A stretch of DNA of 64,000 bases from Gemmatimonadota bacterium (lineage in GTDB: Bacteria; Gemmatimonadota; Gemmatimonadetes; Palauibacterales; Palauibacteraceae). The stretch covers positions 1,216,001 through 1,280,000 of the forward strand of contig OZ220691.1 in the NCBI GenBank assembly GCA_965116475.1. The letters are read 5' to 3'. The notes beneath the pieces are model-generated. The model worked only from the letters and a program-made list of their open reading frames with translations. It was not told the origin of the DNA and made no database searches. A program made the translations under genes and the position numbers. This document shows, in pieces, positions 29,302 to 38,236 of this stretch; within the stretch, counting starts at the first letter, position 1, and each line of letters starts with the position of its first letter.

Positions 29302-30111
29302 ATGAAGATAAGCTCTCGCGCGGTCGCGGGCGTCCTTGCCGCGGCCCTCGGCGCCACCGCTCTGGCGCTGTACCGGCCTTCAACCGGCGAACTCGAGCTC
29401 GCGGCCGCGAGCCTCGATCCGTCCTCCTTCCTTCACATCCAGGAGAGCGCGGATCCGCAGGCGGCGGGCGAGGGCGAGACGGCTGCCGCATCGGCCCAGT
29501 TCGCCGAGGAGCAGGATCTCGCGACGATGCCCGCCCAGTGGCGCGCGATCTACGATCACGAGAACGCGAGCCGCGGGCCCGAGCAGCCCATCCCGTTCAA
29601 CCACCGCTTCCACGTCACGGATCTCCAGATCGACTGCATGTACTGCCATGTCGGGACGGAGCGGTCGGTGTCGGGCGTCGTGCCGTCGCTCGAGGTGTGC
29701 ATGGGGTGCCACCGCATCGCGGGCACGGGGCTGCCGCCGGTCGAGGAATTGCGTCAGTACGAAGCGCGCGGCGAGCCCATCGAGTGGGAGTGGGTGTACA
29801 AGCTGCCGGAGTTCGTGCAGTTCAGCCACAAGGCCCACGTGCGGAACCTCGAGTGCCAGGATTGCCACGGCCCGGTGGAGGAGATGGATCGGGTCTACCA
29901 GTGGGCGCCGCTGACGATGGGCTGGTGCCTCGAATGCCACCGGCAGGCTCCCTTCGACGGCGATGTCGCGACCGACCACACGCTGGCGCGGGACAACCCG
30001 CCGCCGCAGGCGCCGGCGCCTCGTCAGCCGGAAGGGTTCTACCCGAGGGACATCGACACGGACTACGGGCGGACCCGGGCTCCCACGGATTGCGCGGCAT
30101 GTCACTACTAA
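29302..30111 (+). CDS. actA: Alternative complex III pentaheme cytochrome c subunit
   Basis: Five CxxCH (CMYCH, CMGCH, CQDCH, CLECH, CAACH), QPIPFNH, PLTMGWC. Confidence 0.9.
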   Translation: MKISSRAVAGVLAAALGATALALYRPSTGELELAAASLDPSSFLHIQESADPQAAGEGETAAASAQFAEEQDLATMPAQWRAIYDHENASRGPEQPIPFNHRFHVTDLQIDCMYCHVGTERSVSGVVPSLEVCMGCHRIAGTGLPPVEELRQYEARGEPIEWEWVYKLPEFVQFSHKAHVRNLECQDCHGPVEEMDRVYQWAPLTMGWCLECHRQAPFDGDVATDHTLARDNPPPQAPAPRQPEGFYPRDIDTDYGRTRAPTDCAACHY

Positions 30112-33100
30112 ACGGGGGCAACGGCGGCTGCGGCTGCGAGGGGAGTTGCTCCGGCGGCGCCGCCCCTGAAGCCGACGCGCTGAACGGCGCCGCCGCGAAC
30201 GGGACGGGGACCTCCCGCCGCCGCTTCCTCAAGGTGCTGGGGACTTCCGGGGCCGGGGCCGCGACGCTGGCGGCGTGCGGCCCGCCGGACTTCGGGGACA
30301 AGCTCATCCCCAGTCTCGTCGAGGAAGAGGGGATCACGCCGGGCGTTTCCGACACCTACGCGACCGTGTTGGCGGATGCGGGGCCGGAACCGGTCGCCGT
30401 CCATGCGCAGGTGCGCGACGGCCGCGTCCTCGGCCTGAGCCCCAACAACCGGTTCGGCGGAGGCACGAGCGGCCTGTCCTCGCTCACGCACTCGACGCTG
30501 CAGGACCTCTACGATCCGGATCGCGTGAGCCAGCCGCTGCAGCGCAATCCGTCCACGGAGGAGGGGGCGCCTCCCTTCCAGTTCGCGAACTGGGACGATG
30601 CGACGGCCGCGCTGACCAATGCGGTGCGCGTCGGCGGCGGGGTGCTCCTGACGGGCCGGGTCACGGGCACCACGGGCCGGTTCATCGCCGACTGGGCGCG
30701 CGTGATGGGAGTCGAACACATCGCGTGGGAACCGTTCTCGAACGGCGCGCTGGCGGGCGGGACCGCGGACGTGAGCGGGGGCGCGGGCATGCCGCGCTAC
30801 GACCTCTCCTCGGCCGACCGGATCGCCTGCTTCGGGGCCGACTTCCTGGGCACCTGGCTCGCCCCGACGCAGTTGTCGGCGGGCTTCGCGGCGGCGCGCG
30901 ACATCGAGGCCCACCACCACGCGAAGTTCACCTTCGTCGGCCCGAGGCTCTCCCTGACGGGCGCCAACGCGGACGAATGGATCGAAGCGCGGGCCGGGAC
31001 CGAGGGCGCCGTGGCGCTGGCCGTCGCCGGCGTCGTTGCGGCGGCGAGGGGCGTCGCGCTTCCGGCCGGCATGTCCGCCGTGTCGCCGGAGTCGGCCGCG
31101 GAGGCGGCGGGCGTCCCGGCCGACGCGATCCGTGCGCTGGGTGAGGAACTGGCCGCCGCCGAGAACGCGGTCGCAGTCCCGCCGGGGCTCGAGTCGCAGG
31201 GAGCCGCCGCGCGGCAGGCGCATCAGGCGGTCGCGGCGCTCAACGAGGTGCTGGGAGCCGTGGGCACCCGGGTGTTCCCGGGGGGCGGCGCGCCCGAAGG
31301 CGCAGCGGCCAGCTTCGCGGACATGCAGGCGCTGATCGGTCGCATGCGGGCCGGCCAGGTGCGGACGCTCATCGTATCCGGCTGCAACCCCGCCTACGCG
31401 CTCCCCGCCGCCGCGGGGTTCGACGAGGCCCTGGCCAACGTGACGAACACCGTCGCGATCACACCGCACCTCGACGAGACGGCGTCGGCCTGCGGCTGGG
31501 TGCTGCCCTGCCACCACGCGCTCGAGTCGTGGTGCGACGCGGACCTGGCGGACGGCGCGATGGCGCTCGGACAGCCGCTCATGCACCCGGTGTTCGACAC
31601 GCGCCAGCGCGAGGACCTGCTGCTGGACGTCGCAAACGCGGCGGGACAGGGCGGCGCCTTCAGCGGGACGGACTACGCGACCGTGCTGCGGAACACCTGG
31701 ACCGAGCGGCTCGGCGACCACGCCGCATGGCTCGACGCGCTCCGGCGCGGCGGCGCCTCGGCGGCCGCCTGGGGGGACGACGACGGTGCGGAGGCCGGCG
31801 AGGACGGTGCGCCCGCGGGCGGCGCCGGCGGCTTCGCGCTTCCGCAGGCGCCCTCCGGCACGCAGCTCGTCGTCTACCCGACGGCCCAGTTCTACGATGG
31901 CCGGGGCGCGAACCGCTCCTGGATGCAGGAACAGCCCGACGCGATCACGAAGGTCGTGTGGAACTCGTGGGTCGAGATGCACCGCGACATGGCGGACGAA
32001 CTCGGCGTGGAGCGCGGCGACATCGTCCGCGTCGAGTCCGCCCACGGCGCCATCGAGGCGCCGGTCTACGTCTACCGCGGCATCCGCCCGGATACGGTGG
32101 CGATCCCGCTCGGACAGGGACACACGGAGTACGGCCGCTACGCGCGGAACCGCGGCGTGAACCCGCTGAACCTCCTCGCGGCGGACGCGGACCCCGGCTC
32201 CGGCGCGCTGGCCTACGCCGGGACGGCGGTCACCGTCGCGGCCACCGGGGAGACCGCCCGGCTCGTCGTCACGCAGGGGTCCACCGACGACCTCGACCGC
32301 GAGATCGTCCACGCCATGAACGTCGAGGACGCGCTGCACGAGATCGAGGCGCACGAGATCGACCTCGTCGAGATGGTCGAGGCCGCGTGGGACTCCGATC
32401 CGAACAGCCCGTACCGCTGGGGCATGACCATCGACCTCAACGCCTGCACCGGCTGCGGCGCCTGCGTCACCTCCTGCTACTCCGAGAACAACATCCCCAC
32501 CGTGGGCGAGGAGCAGGCGGCGCTCCGGCGGGAGATGTCGTGGATGCGGATCCACCGCTTCGAGGAGGAGACGGAAGACGGCGGCTTCCAGACGGTGCAG
32601 CAGCCGATGCTGTGCCAGCACTGCGGCGACGCGCCGTGCGAGCCGGTGTGCCCGGTCTACGCGACGTACCACAGCCCCGAGGGGCTCAACGTCCAGGTCT
32701 ACAACCGCTGCGTCGGCACGCGGTACTGCGCGAACAACTGCCCCTACAAGGTCCGCCGCTTCAACTGGTTCAACCATGACGCGCGCGGCCGTGGCGACGG
32801 AGGAGCCTTCGCCTGGCCCCTGAACCTCCAGCTCAACCCGGACATCACCGTCCGCGAGGTGGGGGTGATGGAGAAGTGCACGATGTGCGTGCACCGGATC
32901 AACAAGGCGAAGATCGACGCCAAGGACGAAGGGCGGATGGTGAGAGACGGCGAGGTGATGACGGCCTGCCAGTCCAGCTGCCCGTCGAACGCGATCACCT
33001 TCGGCAACCTCAAGGATCCGGAGAGCGAGGTCTCCCGCAAGGCCAAGAGCGCCCGCGGCTACCACGCGCTCGGAGAACTCGGCGTGCGCCCCGCGATCAC

Positions 33101-33188
33101 CTACCTCGAGGACGTCACGCACAAGCACATGGCGGCCGGCGGGCACGGCGAACCGGCGGCGGCCGGGGAAGGCGAAGAGGCGCACTGA
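30099..33188 (+). CDS. actB: Alternative complex III ActB (molybdopterin-oxidoreductase-like + Fe-S domain)
   Basis: SRRRFLK Tat signal + LAAC lipobox; CTGCGAC, CQHCGDAPCEPVCP, CVGTRYCANNCPY, EKCTMC; start trimmed to MSLLNG. Confidence 0.9.
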   Translation: MSLLNGGNGGCGCEGSCSGGAAPEADALNGAAANGTGTSRRRFLKVLGTSGAGAATLAACGPPDFGDKLIPSLVEEEGITPGVSDTYATVLADAGPEPVAVHAQVRDGRVLGLSPNNRFGGGTSGLSSLTHSTLQDLYDPDRVSQPLQRNPSTEEGAPPFQFANWDDATAALTNAVRVGGGVLLTGRVTGTTGRFIADWARVMGVEHIAWEPFSNGALAGGTADVSGGAGMPRYDLSSADRIACFGADFLGTWLAPTQLSAGFAAARDIEAHHHAKFTFVGPRLSLTGANADEWIEARAGTEGAVALAVAGVVAAARGVALPAGMSAVSPESAAEAAGVPADAIRALGEELAAAENAVAVPPGLESQGAAARQAHQAVAALNEVLGAVGTRVFPGGGAPEGAAASFADMQALIGRMRAGQVRTLIVSGCNPAYALPAAAGFDEALANVTNTVAITPHLDETASACGWVLPCHHALESWCDADLADGAMALGQPLMHPVFDTRQREDLLLDVANAAGQGGAFSGTDYATVLRNTWTERLGDHAAWLDALRRGGASAAAWGDDDGAEAGEDGAPAGGAGGFALPQAPSGTQLVVYPTAQFYDGRGANRSWMQEQPDAITKVVWNSWVEMHRDMADELGVERGDIVRVESAHGAIEAPVYVYRGIRPDTVAIPLGQGHTEYGRYARNRGVNPLNLLAADADPGSGALAYAGTAVTVAATGETARLVVTQGSTDDLDREIVHAMNVEDALHEIEAHEIDLVEMVEAAWDSDPNSPYRWGMTIDLNACTGCGACVTSCYSENNIPTVGEEQAALRREMSWMRIHRFEEETEDGGFQTVQQPMLCQHCGDAPCEPVCPVYATYHSPEGLNVQVYNRCVGTRYCANNCPYKVRRFNWFNHDARGRGDGGAFAWPLNLQLNPDITVREVGVMEKCTMCVHRINKAKIDAKDEGRMVRDGEVMTACQSSCPSNAITFGNLKDPESEVSRKAKSARGYHALGELGVRPAITYLEDVTHKHMAAGGHGEPAAAGEGEEAH

Positions 33189-34564
33189 TGGCGACCGCAG
33201 AGGCGAAGGTGCCCGCCACGCCGACGCTGGCCGACGCGAACCGCGACATCACGCGGCCCATCGCGATGCCCGAGAAGCGCTTCTACCTCGTGCTCGGGGT
33301 CGCGGCCGCGGGTCTCGCCCTCATGTTCGGCGCCTGGTTCTACCAGATCGGGGCCGGCATCGGCGTCGCGGGCATCACGCACCCGGTCTTCTGGGGCGTG
33401 TACATCACGACCTTCGTCTTCTGGGTCGGGATCGCCCACTCCGGGACGCTGATCTCGGCGATTCTCTACCTCTTCCGCTCCGGCTGGCGCACGACGATCA
33501 ACCGGACCGCGGAGGCGATGACGATCTTCGCGGTGATGACGGCGGGGCTCTTCCCTCTCATCCACCTGGGTCGCGTCTGGTACTTCTACTACCTGATGCC
33601 GTATCCGTCGCAGCGGCAGATCTGGCCCGACTTCCGGTCGCCGCTCGTGATGGACGTGTTCGCGGTGTCGACGTACCTCACGATCTCCGCGCTCTTCTGG
33701 TACACCGGCCTCATCCCCGATTTCGCGATCCTGCGCGACCGGGCCAAGGGCTGGATGTACAAGATCTACGGCGCTTTCTCGCTCGGATGGCAGGGGACGG
33801 TGAGCGAGTGGCGGCACTACCGCCGCATCTACCTCTACATGGCGGGGATCGCGACGCCGCTGGTGCTCTCGGTGCACTCCGTGGTTTCGTGGGACTTCGC
33901 CCTCTCGATCGTGCCGGGGTGGCACTCGACGATCTTCGCCCCGTACTTCGTGGCCGGAGCGATCTTCAGCGGGGTCGCCCTCGTGATCACGATCATGATC
34001 CCGCTGCGGTGGGCGTTCGGGCTCGAGGCGTACATCACCGAGAACCACTTCGAGAACATGGCGAAGCTGGTCCTCCTCACGTCGCTCATCGTGGGCTTCT
34101 CGTACGGGACGGAGTTCTTCCTCGCCTACTACTCGGCGGACCCGATCGAGATCGAGAGCTTCCGCTGGCGGGCCATGGGGGCCTACGCGCTCCCCTTCTG
34201 GGTCATGGTGTTCTGCAACGTGGTCGTGCCGCAGGCGCTGTGGTTCAAGAAGGTGCGCACGAGCCTGCCGGCGCTGTTCGCGCTCACGATCTTCGTCAAC
34301 ATCGGGATGTGGTACGAGCGGTTCGTGATCATCGTCACGTCGCTCGCCCACGAGTACGAGCCGGGCGGATGGGGCCTGTACACGCCGAGCTGGGTGGAGA
34401 TGTCGATTCTCGTCGGCAGCTTCTGCTGGTTCTTCTTCTGGTTCCTCCTCTTCTCGCGCAGCCTGCCGGTGATCTCGATCGCCGAGGTGAAGGAACATCT
34501 CGCGCACGAGCACGCGCACGGGAGCGACGGAAACGACGGAGAAAACGGGGATGGCCATGAGTAG
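33188..34564 (+). CDS. actC: Alternative complex III NrfD-like membrane subunit
   Basis: WGVYITTFVFWVGIAHSGTLISAIL, IHLGR, LSVHSVVSWDF, GMWYERF. Confidence 0.93.
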   Translation: MATAEAKVPATPTLADANRDITRPIAMPEKRFYLVLGVAAAGLALMFGAWFYQIGAGIGVAGITHPVFWGVYITTFVFWVGIAHSGTLISAILYLFRSGWRTTINRTAEAMTIFAVMTAGLFPLIHLGRVWYFYYLMPYPSQRQIWPDFRSPLVMDVFAVSTYLTISALFWYTGLIPDFAILRDRAKGWMYKIYGAFSLGWQGTVSEWRHYRRIYLYMAGIATPLVLSVHSVVSWDFALSIVPGWHSTIFAPYFVAGAIFSGVALVITIMIPLRWAFGLEAYITENHFENMAKLVLLTSLIVGFSYGTEFFLAYYSADPIEIESFRWRAMGAYALPFWVMVFCNVVVPQALWFKKVRTSLPALFALTIFVNIGMWYERFVIIVTSLAHEYEPGGWGLYTPSWVEMSILVGSFCWFFFWFLLFSRSLPVISIAEVKEHLAHEHAHGSDGNDGENGDGHE

Positions 34565-35060
34565 CGGCGTCCTCGGGCAGTACGACACGCTGCACGGCAC
34601 GCTCGACGCCATTGCGCGCCTGCGGGAGGCGGGACACCGGGACATCGAGGTCTTCTCGCCGATCCCGTCGCCGGAGATCGAGGAGGCGATGGACATCCAC
34701 TCCTCGCCGGTGCGCGTGTGGGCGCTGACGGGCGCGATCACCGGGTGTACGCTCGGGGTGCTGCTCACGGCGGGCACGTCGCTGGCCTACCCGCTCGTCA
34801 CGCAGGGCAAGCCGCTCGTGTCGCTGCCTCCGTTCGTCGTGTTCATGTTCGAACTCACGGTGCTGCTCACGGGAATCTTCGGGCTGGTCGCGCTGCTCGT
34901 GCACACGAAACGGCCGGTGATCAACCTCGACCCGGCGTATCGGACGTCGTTCTCGGTCGACCGCTGGGGGATCTTCGTGCCGGTCAACGGCGAGGGACAC
35001 GCCGCCGCCGAGGCGCTCGTGCGGGAGACCGCCGCCGTGGACGTGGAGGTGCAGGGATGA
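34557..35060 (+). CDS. actD: Alternative complex III ActD (DUF3341)
   Basis: EVFSPIP, GKP..S.P.F...MFELTVL; position in operon. Confidence 0.85.
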   Translation: MSSGVLGQYDTLHGTLDAIARLREAGHRDIEVFSPIPSPEIEEAMDIHSSPVRVWALTGAITGCTLGVLLTAGTSLAYPLVTQGKPLVSLPPFVVFMFELTVLLTGIFGLVALLVHTKRPVINLDPAYRTSFSVDRWGIFVPVNGEGHAAAEALVRETAAVDVEVQG

Positions 35061-35722
35061 CCGCCCGCGCCGCCCGGACCGCCCGCGCCGCCGCGACCGT
35101 GGTCCTCGCCGCCTTCGCGCTGGGCGGCTGCGACGACCAGATCAAGCATCTGGATCAGCGGACGCCGTTCTTCAACACGATGTCCTGGCAGCCCTCGGTG
35201 GAGGCCTTCGAGGAGCGGGCGCGGGCGCCGGTGCCGGGCACGATGCCGATCGACGGCGAGCGCACGTACGACCTGATGGCGGCCGACACGATGCTGGTCA
35301 GCCCGATCTCCGGCACCGAGGCCGACCTGGCCCGGGGAGCGGAGCTGTACAGCCAGTTCTGCATCGTCTGTCACGGCGTGACGGGGGCCGGCGACGGCTC
35401 CGTGGTGGGGCAGAACCGGATTCCCGACATCCCGCTCCTCAACATCCGGGGCGAACTCACGCGCGGATACACGGACGGATACATCTGGGGCATGATCGGG
35501 AACGGACGCGGGCTGATGCCGCCCTACCGGCGCATCCCGGCCATGGACCGCTGGTACCTGGTCGCGTACGTGCGGCAACTGCAGGCCGAGGCGATGGCCG
35601 AGGAAGCGGCGGCGGCCGAGGCTGCGGCGGCTGAGGCGGCAGCGGCCGAAGCGGCGGCGGAGTCCGAGACGGGCGAGACGGGCGAAACGGGCGAGGTCCC
35701 CGGGACGGGAGGAGGACTGTGA
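35057..35722 (+). CDS. actE: Alternative complex III monoheme cytochrome c lipoprotein
   Basis: Lipobox LGGC, PVPGT, CIVCHG, GRGLMP; Ala/Glu-rich tail. Confidence 0.85.
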   Translation: MTARAARTARAAATVVLAAFALGGCDDQIKHLDQRTPFFNTMSWQPSVEAFEERARAPVPGTMPIDGERTYDLMAADTMLVSPISGTEADLARGAELYSQFCIVCHGVTGAGDGSVVGQNRIPDIPLLNIRGELTRGYTDGYIWGMIGNGRGLMPPYRRIPAMDRWYLVAYVRQLQAEAMAEEAAAAEAAAAEAAAAEAAAESETGETGETGEVPGTGGGL

Positions 35723-36999
35723 GCGGCGGCGGCGACCGTCCGGCGCTCACCACGGGCGAGGCGCTGCAGACGATCAGCGGCCGCATTCCGACGGTGTGGC
35801 TGGCCGTCTGGCTGGCGGCGGTCGCGATCGGGGCCGTGGGCTTTGCGACCACGGTCGGCGGCGACGCCCAGCGCGCCTGGATGAGCGTGTGGTCGAACTT
35901 CCTCTTCTGGACGGCGATCTCGATGGCCGGGGTCGTCTTCGGGGCCGTCCTCCAGGTCGCGAAGGGGCACTGGGGCAAGAGCTTCCGCCGGCTGGCGGAG
36001 GCCGCGGGCGCCTTCCTCCCCATCTCCTTCGCCCTCTTCTTCGCGCTCCGGCTCGGCGCCGAACACGTCTTCCCCTGGATCGGGCCCGTGGAGACGGAAC
36101 ACCTGAACCGCGACTGGCTGACGCTCGAGGGCGTCTTCATGCGGAACGGGGTCCTGCTCGCGGTGCTCTATCTGCTCGGCTTCGTGTGGCTCTTCTACTC
36201 GATCCGGGCCGACGCGCCGCTGGTCGCCGCGGAGAGCCGGGGCTGGCGCAAGGCCGTCGTGTCCCTCTTCGCCCGGGGCTGGCGCGGCGACGACGTGGAG
36301 GTCGAGCGCTGCCGGGCCCGCATCGGGCGGCTGTCCGCCGTGCTGATCCTGAGTTGGGCCGTCATCTTCTCGCTCCTGTCGTTCGATTTCGGGATGTCGC
36401 TCACGCCGGGCTTCATGAGCATGGTGTGGGGGCCGTACTACTTCATCGGCGGCTGGCTCGGCATGCTCGCGCTCGTCGCGGTCATGGCCCACCGCTTCAA
36501 CGGGCAGGCCGACGGCATCCGGCTGTGGGGCAAGTACGACTTCCACGATCTCGGCAAGCTGACGTTCGCCTTCGTGGCGTTCTGGACCTACCTCTGGTTC
36601 GCCCAGTATCTCGTGATCTGGTACGGCAACATCCCGCGCGAGACGAACTTCTTCATGCCGCGCTCGACGGGCGGCTTCGGGCGCATGTTCTGGCTCCAGA
36701 TGGTGCTCATCTTCGCCCTCCCCTTCCCCTTCCTCCTGGGGCGGAGCCCGAAGATGAGTTCGCGCTGGCTGGCGTTCGTCGGGCTGCTGATCCTGGTCGG
36801 TTTCTGGGTCGAGCGCTGGAACATGGTGGCGCCGTCGATCTGGCACGGGGAAGGACTGCCGCTCGGCGTGCCGGAGGCGATGATCTCGATCGGTTTCGTC
36901 GGCCTGTTCGCCCTCGCCTACGGCGCCTATTCGACGACCTTCCCGAAGGTTCCGATGCGCGAGACGATCGCGCTGGGGAGTCCCGGCCGCGGCCCGTAG
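35719..36999 (+). CDS. actF: Alternative complex III ActF membrane subunit
   Basis: Multi-TM, HDLGKLTFAF..FWTYLWFAQYLVIWYGNIPRE. Confidence 0.88.
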   Translation: MSGGGDRPALTTGEALQTISGRIPTVWLAVWLAAVAIGAVGFATTVGGDAQRAWMSVWSNFLFWTAISMAGVVFGAVLQVAKGHWGKSFRRLAEAAGAFLPISFALFFALRLGAEHVFPWIGPVETEHLNRDWLTLEGVFMRNGVLLAVLYLLGFVWLFYSIRADAPLVAAESRGWRKAVVSLFARGWRGDDVEVERCRARIGRLSAVLILSWAVIFSLLSFDFGMSLTPGFMSMVWGPYYFIGGWLGMLALVAVMAHRFNGQADGIRLWGKYDFHDLGKLTFAFVAFWTYLWFAQYLVIWYGNIPRETNFFMPRSTGGFGRMFWLQMVLIFALPFPFLLGRSPKMSSRWLAFVGLLILVGFWVERWNMVAPSIWHGEGLPLGVPEAMISIGFVGLFALAYGAYSTTFPKVPMRETIALGSPGRGP

Positions 37000-37149
37000 G
37001 CGGCCGCCGATTTCGGGCCGACGGACGACGGGGGTGCCCCGGCTGCCCTCCGGCCTCTACTTTCAAGGTCGGCCGTATGACGTGACGGTGCGGACCATGC
37101 CGATGTGGCGTGGCCTCGTGCCGCGAAGTTCTTGACCGAGGCGGTTTGG

Positions 37150-37449
37150 ATGGAGCTTTCCGACAACTACGAGCAGTTGCTGCAGCGAACGACCGCGACG
37201 GTCGAGAAGTACCGCGAGGGGGCCGAGGAGCTGAGGGTGAAGCTCCGCGAGGCCCGCGCCGGCCGAAAGGTTCAGATCATGGCCATGATCGACCGGCTGG
37301 AGCGCAAGTACGACGGGGCGAAGACGCGCCTCGAGGAGCTTTCGGACTCCGAGGAAGACGGCAACAGCCAGGCCCTCGGCGTCCTCCACCAGAAGGTGGT
37401 CTCCGAACTCTCGGACATGAAGCGGACGATCCAGACCCGCATCCGCTGA
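37150..37449 (+). CDS. Hypothetical coiled-coil protein
   Basis: Heptad-rich 99-aa frame with host-like codon usage. Confidence 0.6.
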   Translation: MELSDNYEQLLQRTTATVEKYREGAEELRVKLREARAGRKVQIMAMIDRLERKYDGAKTRLEELSDSEEDGNSQALGVLHQKVVSELSDMKRTIQTRIR

Positions 37450-37472
37450 CCTCGTCCTCTCGAGTCGTCCCG

Positions 37473-37673
37473 ATGCGAAAGATCGATGGCGAAGCGGTCG
37501 ACCGCAGTTCGGATTCCGAGTCGCCGAGTTGCCTCGAACTTGCCGGGGATCTCGCCGGTTGCTTCGAGAGCGGTCGTGCCGATGCGGCGACGGATCCGCG
37601 CTTGCTCGAGGAGGCCATGCTCCTTGACGCCCGACCATCGGCCCCTGCGCTCGAGCAGGCGGGGGCTGACTAG
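37473..37673 (+). pseudogene. Possible remnant of a CopG-type antitoxin C-terminus
   Basis: SCLELAGDLAGCFESGRADAATDP resembles the S.L.LAGDL.GC...G..D..T.P tail of RHH antitoxins; RHH domain absent. Confidence 0.35.
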
Positions 37674-38095
37674 GCCGAATCCGTGCCGGTATCCGGCAGT
37701 GGGATGCCCAGGACACTGCCCTCGATTCTGGCCACCGCCATGCGCGTCCGAGTCAACTCTGTGGCGACCCCGTCGATCCGGCCCCCGAGTTCCGTTCGCA
37801 CACCCTTGATCTCGCCGCGAAGCTCCGTGCGCATGCTCGTCATCTCGCCGCGCACCCCTTTGATCTCGCTCCGAAGCTCGTCGCGCAAACTGCTGATATC
37901 GCTCCGAAGCTCGTCGCGGAGGCCCGTGATGCCGCCCTGAAGCTCCCCGCGCAGACCCTTGATGTCTCCCTTGAACTCCCCGCGCAGGCCGTCGAGCTTC
38001 TCGTCGAGCTTGCGCATAAAGCGGCCCAGCGTCAGGCCCACGCCGATGATTGCCAACGTAATGGTGACGAGTCCGATGATCACGTCCAACCCCAT
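37670..38095 (-). CDS. Membrane-anchored coiled-coil protein with 11-residue repeats
   Basis: N-terminal TM then LRGEFKGDIKG/LRGELQGGITG/LRDELRSDISS/LRDELRSEIKG repeats, VARIEG end. Confidence 0.7.
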   Translation of the reverse strand: MGLDVIIGLVTITLAIIGVGLTLGRFMRKLDEKLDGLRGEFKGDIKGLRGELQGGITGLRDELRSDISSLRDELRSEIKGVRGEMTSMRTELRGEIKGVRTELGGRIDGVATELTRTRMAVARIEGSVLGIPLPDTGTDSA

Positions 38096-38236
38096 CTCTA
38101 CCGGCTCCCGTTGAAGGCTCCGTGCGACGCCCGGCCTACCGGCCGCGACCCCGATCTGCACGAACCTCCACGTCCCGATCAAGGTGGTATCAAACGGCGA
38201 ACACCTCAAGCCGAAGGACCGGAAACGGGGTCGTCG

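Noticed and set aside
29166..30098. 1340-aa N-terminal extension of ActB given by the ORF track
   Set aside because: Overlaps actA in another frame; the real start is near 30099
30108..33185. 1025-aa minus-strand ORF and many other long antisense or alternate-frame ORFs (e.g. 9321..11180, 10265..12433, 39872..42145)
   Set aside because: Shadow ORFs of well-supported genes in high-GC DNA; Arg/Pro/Gly-rich with no motifs
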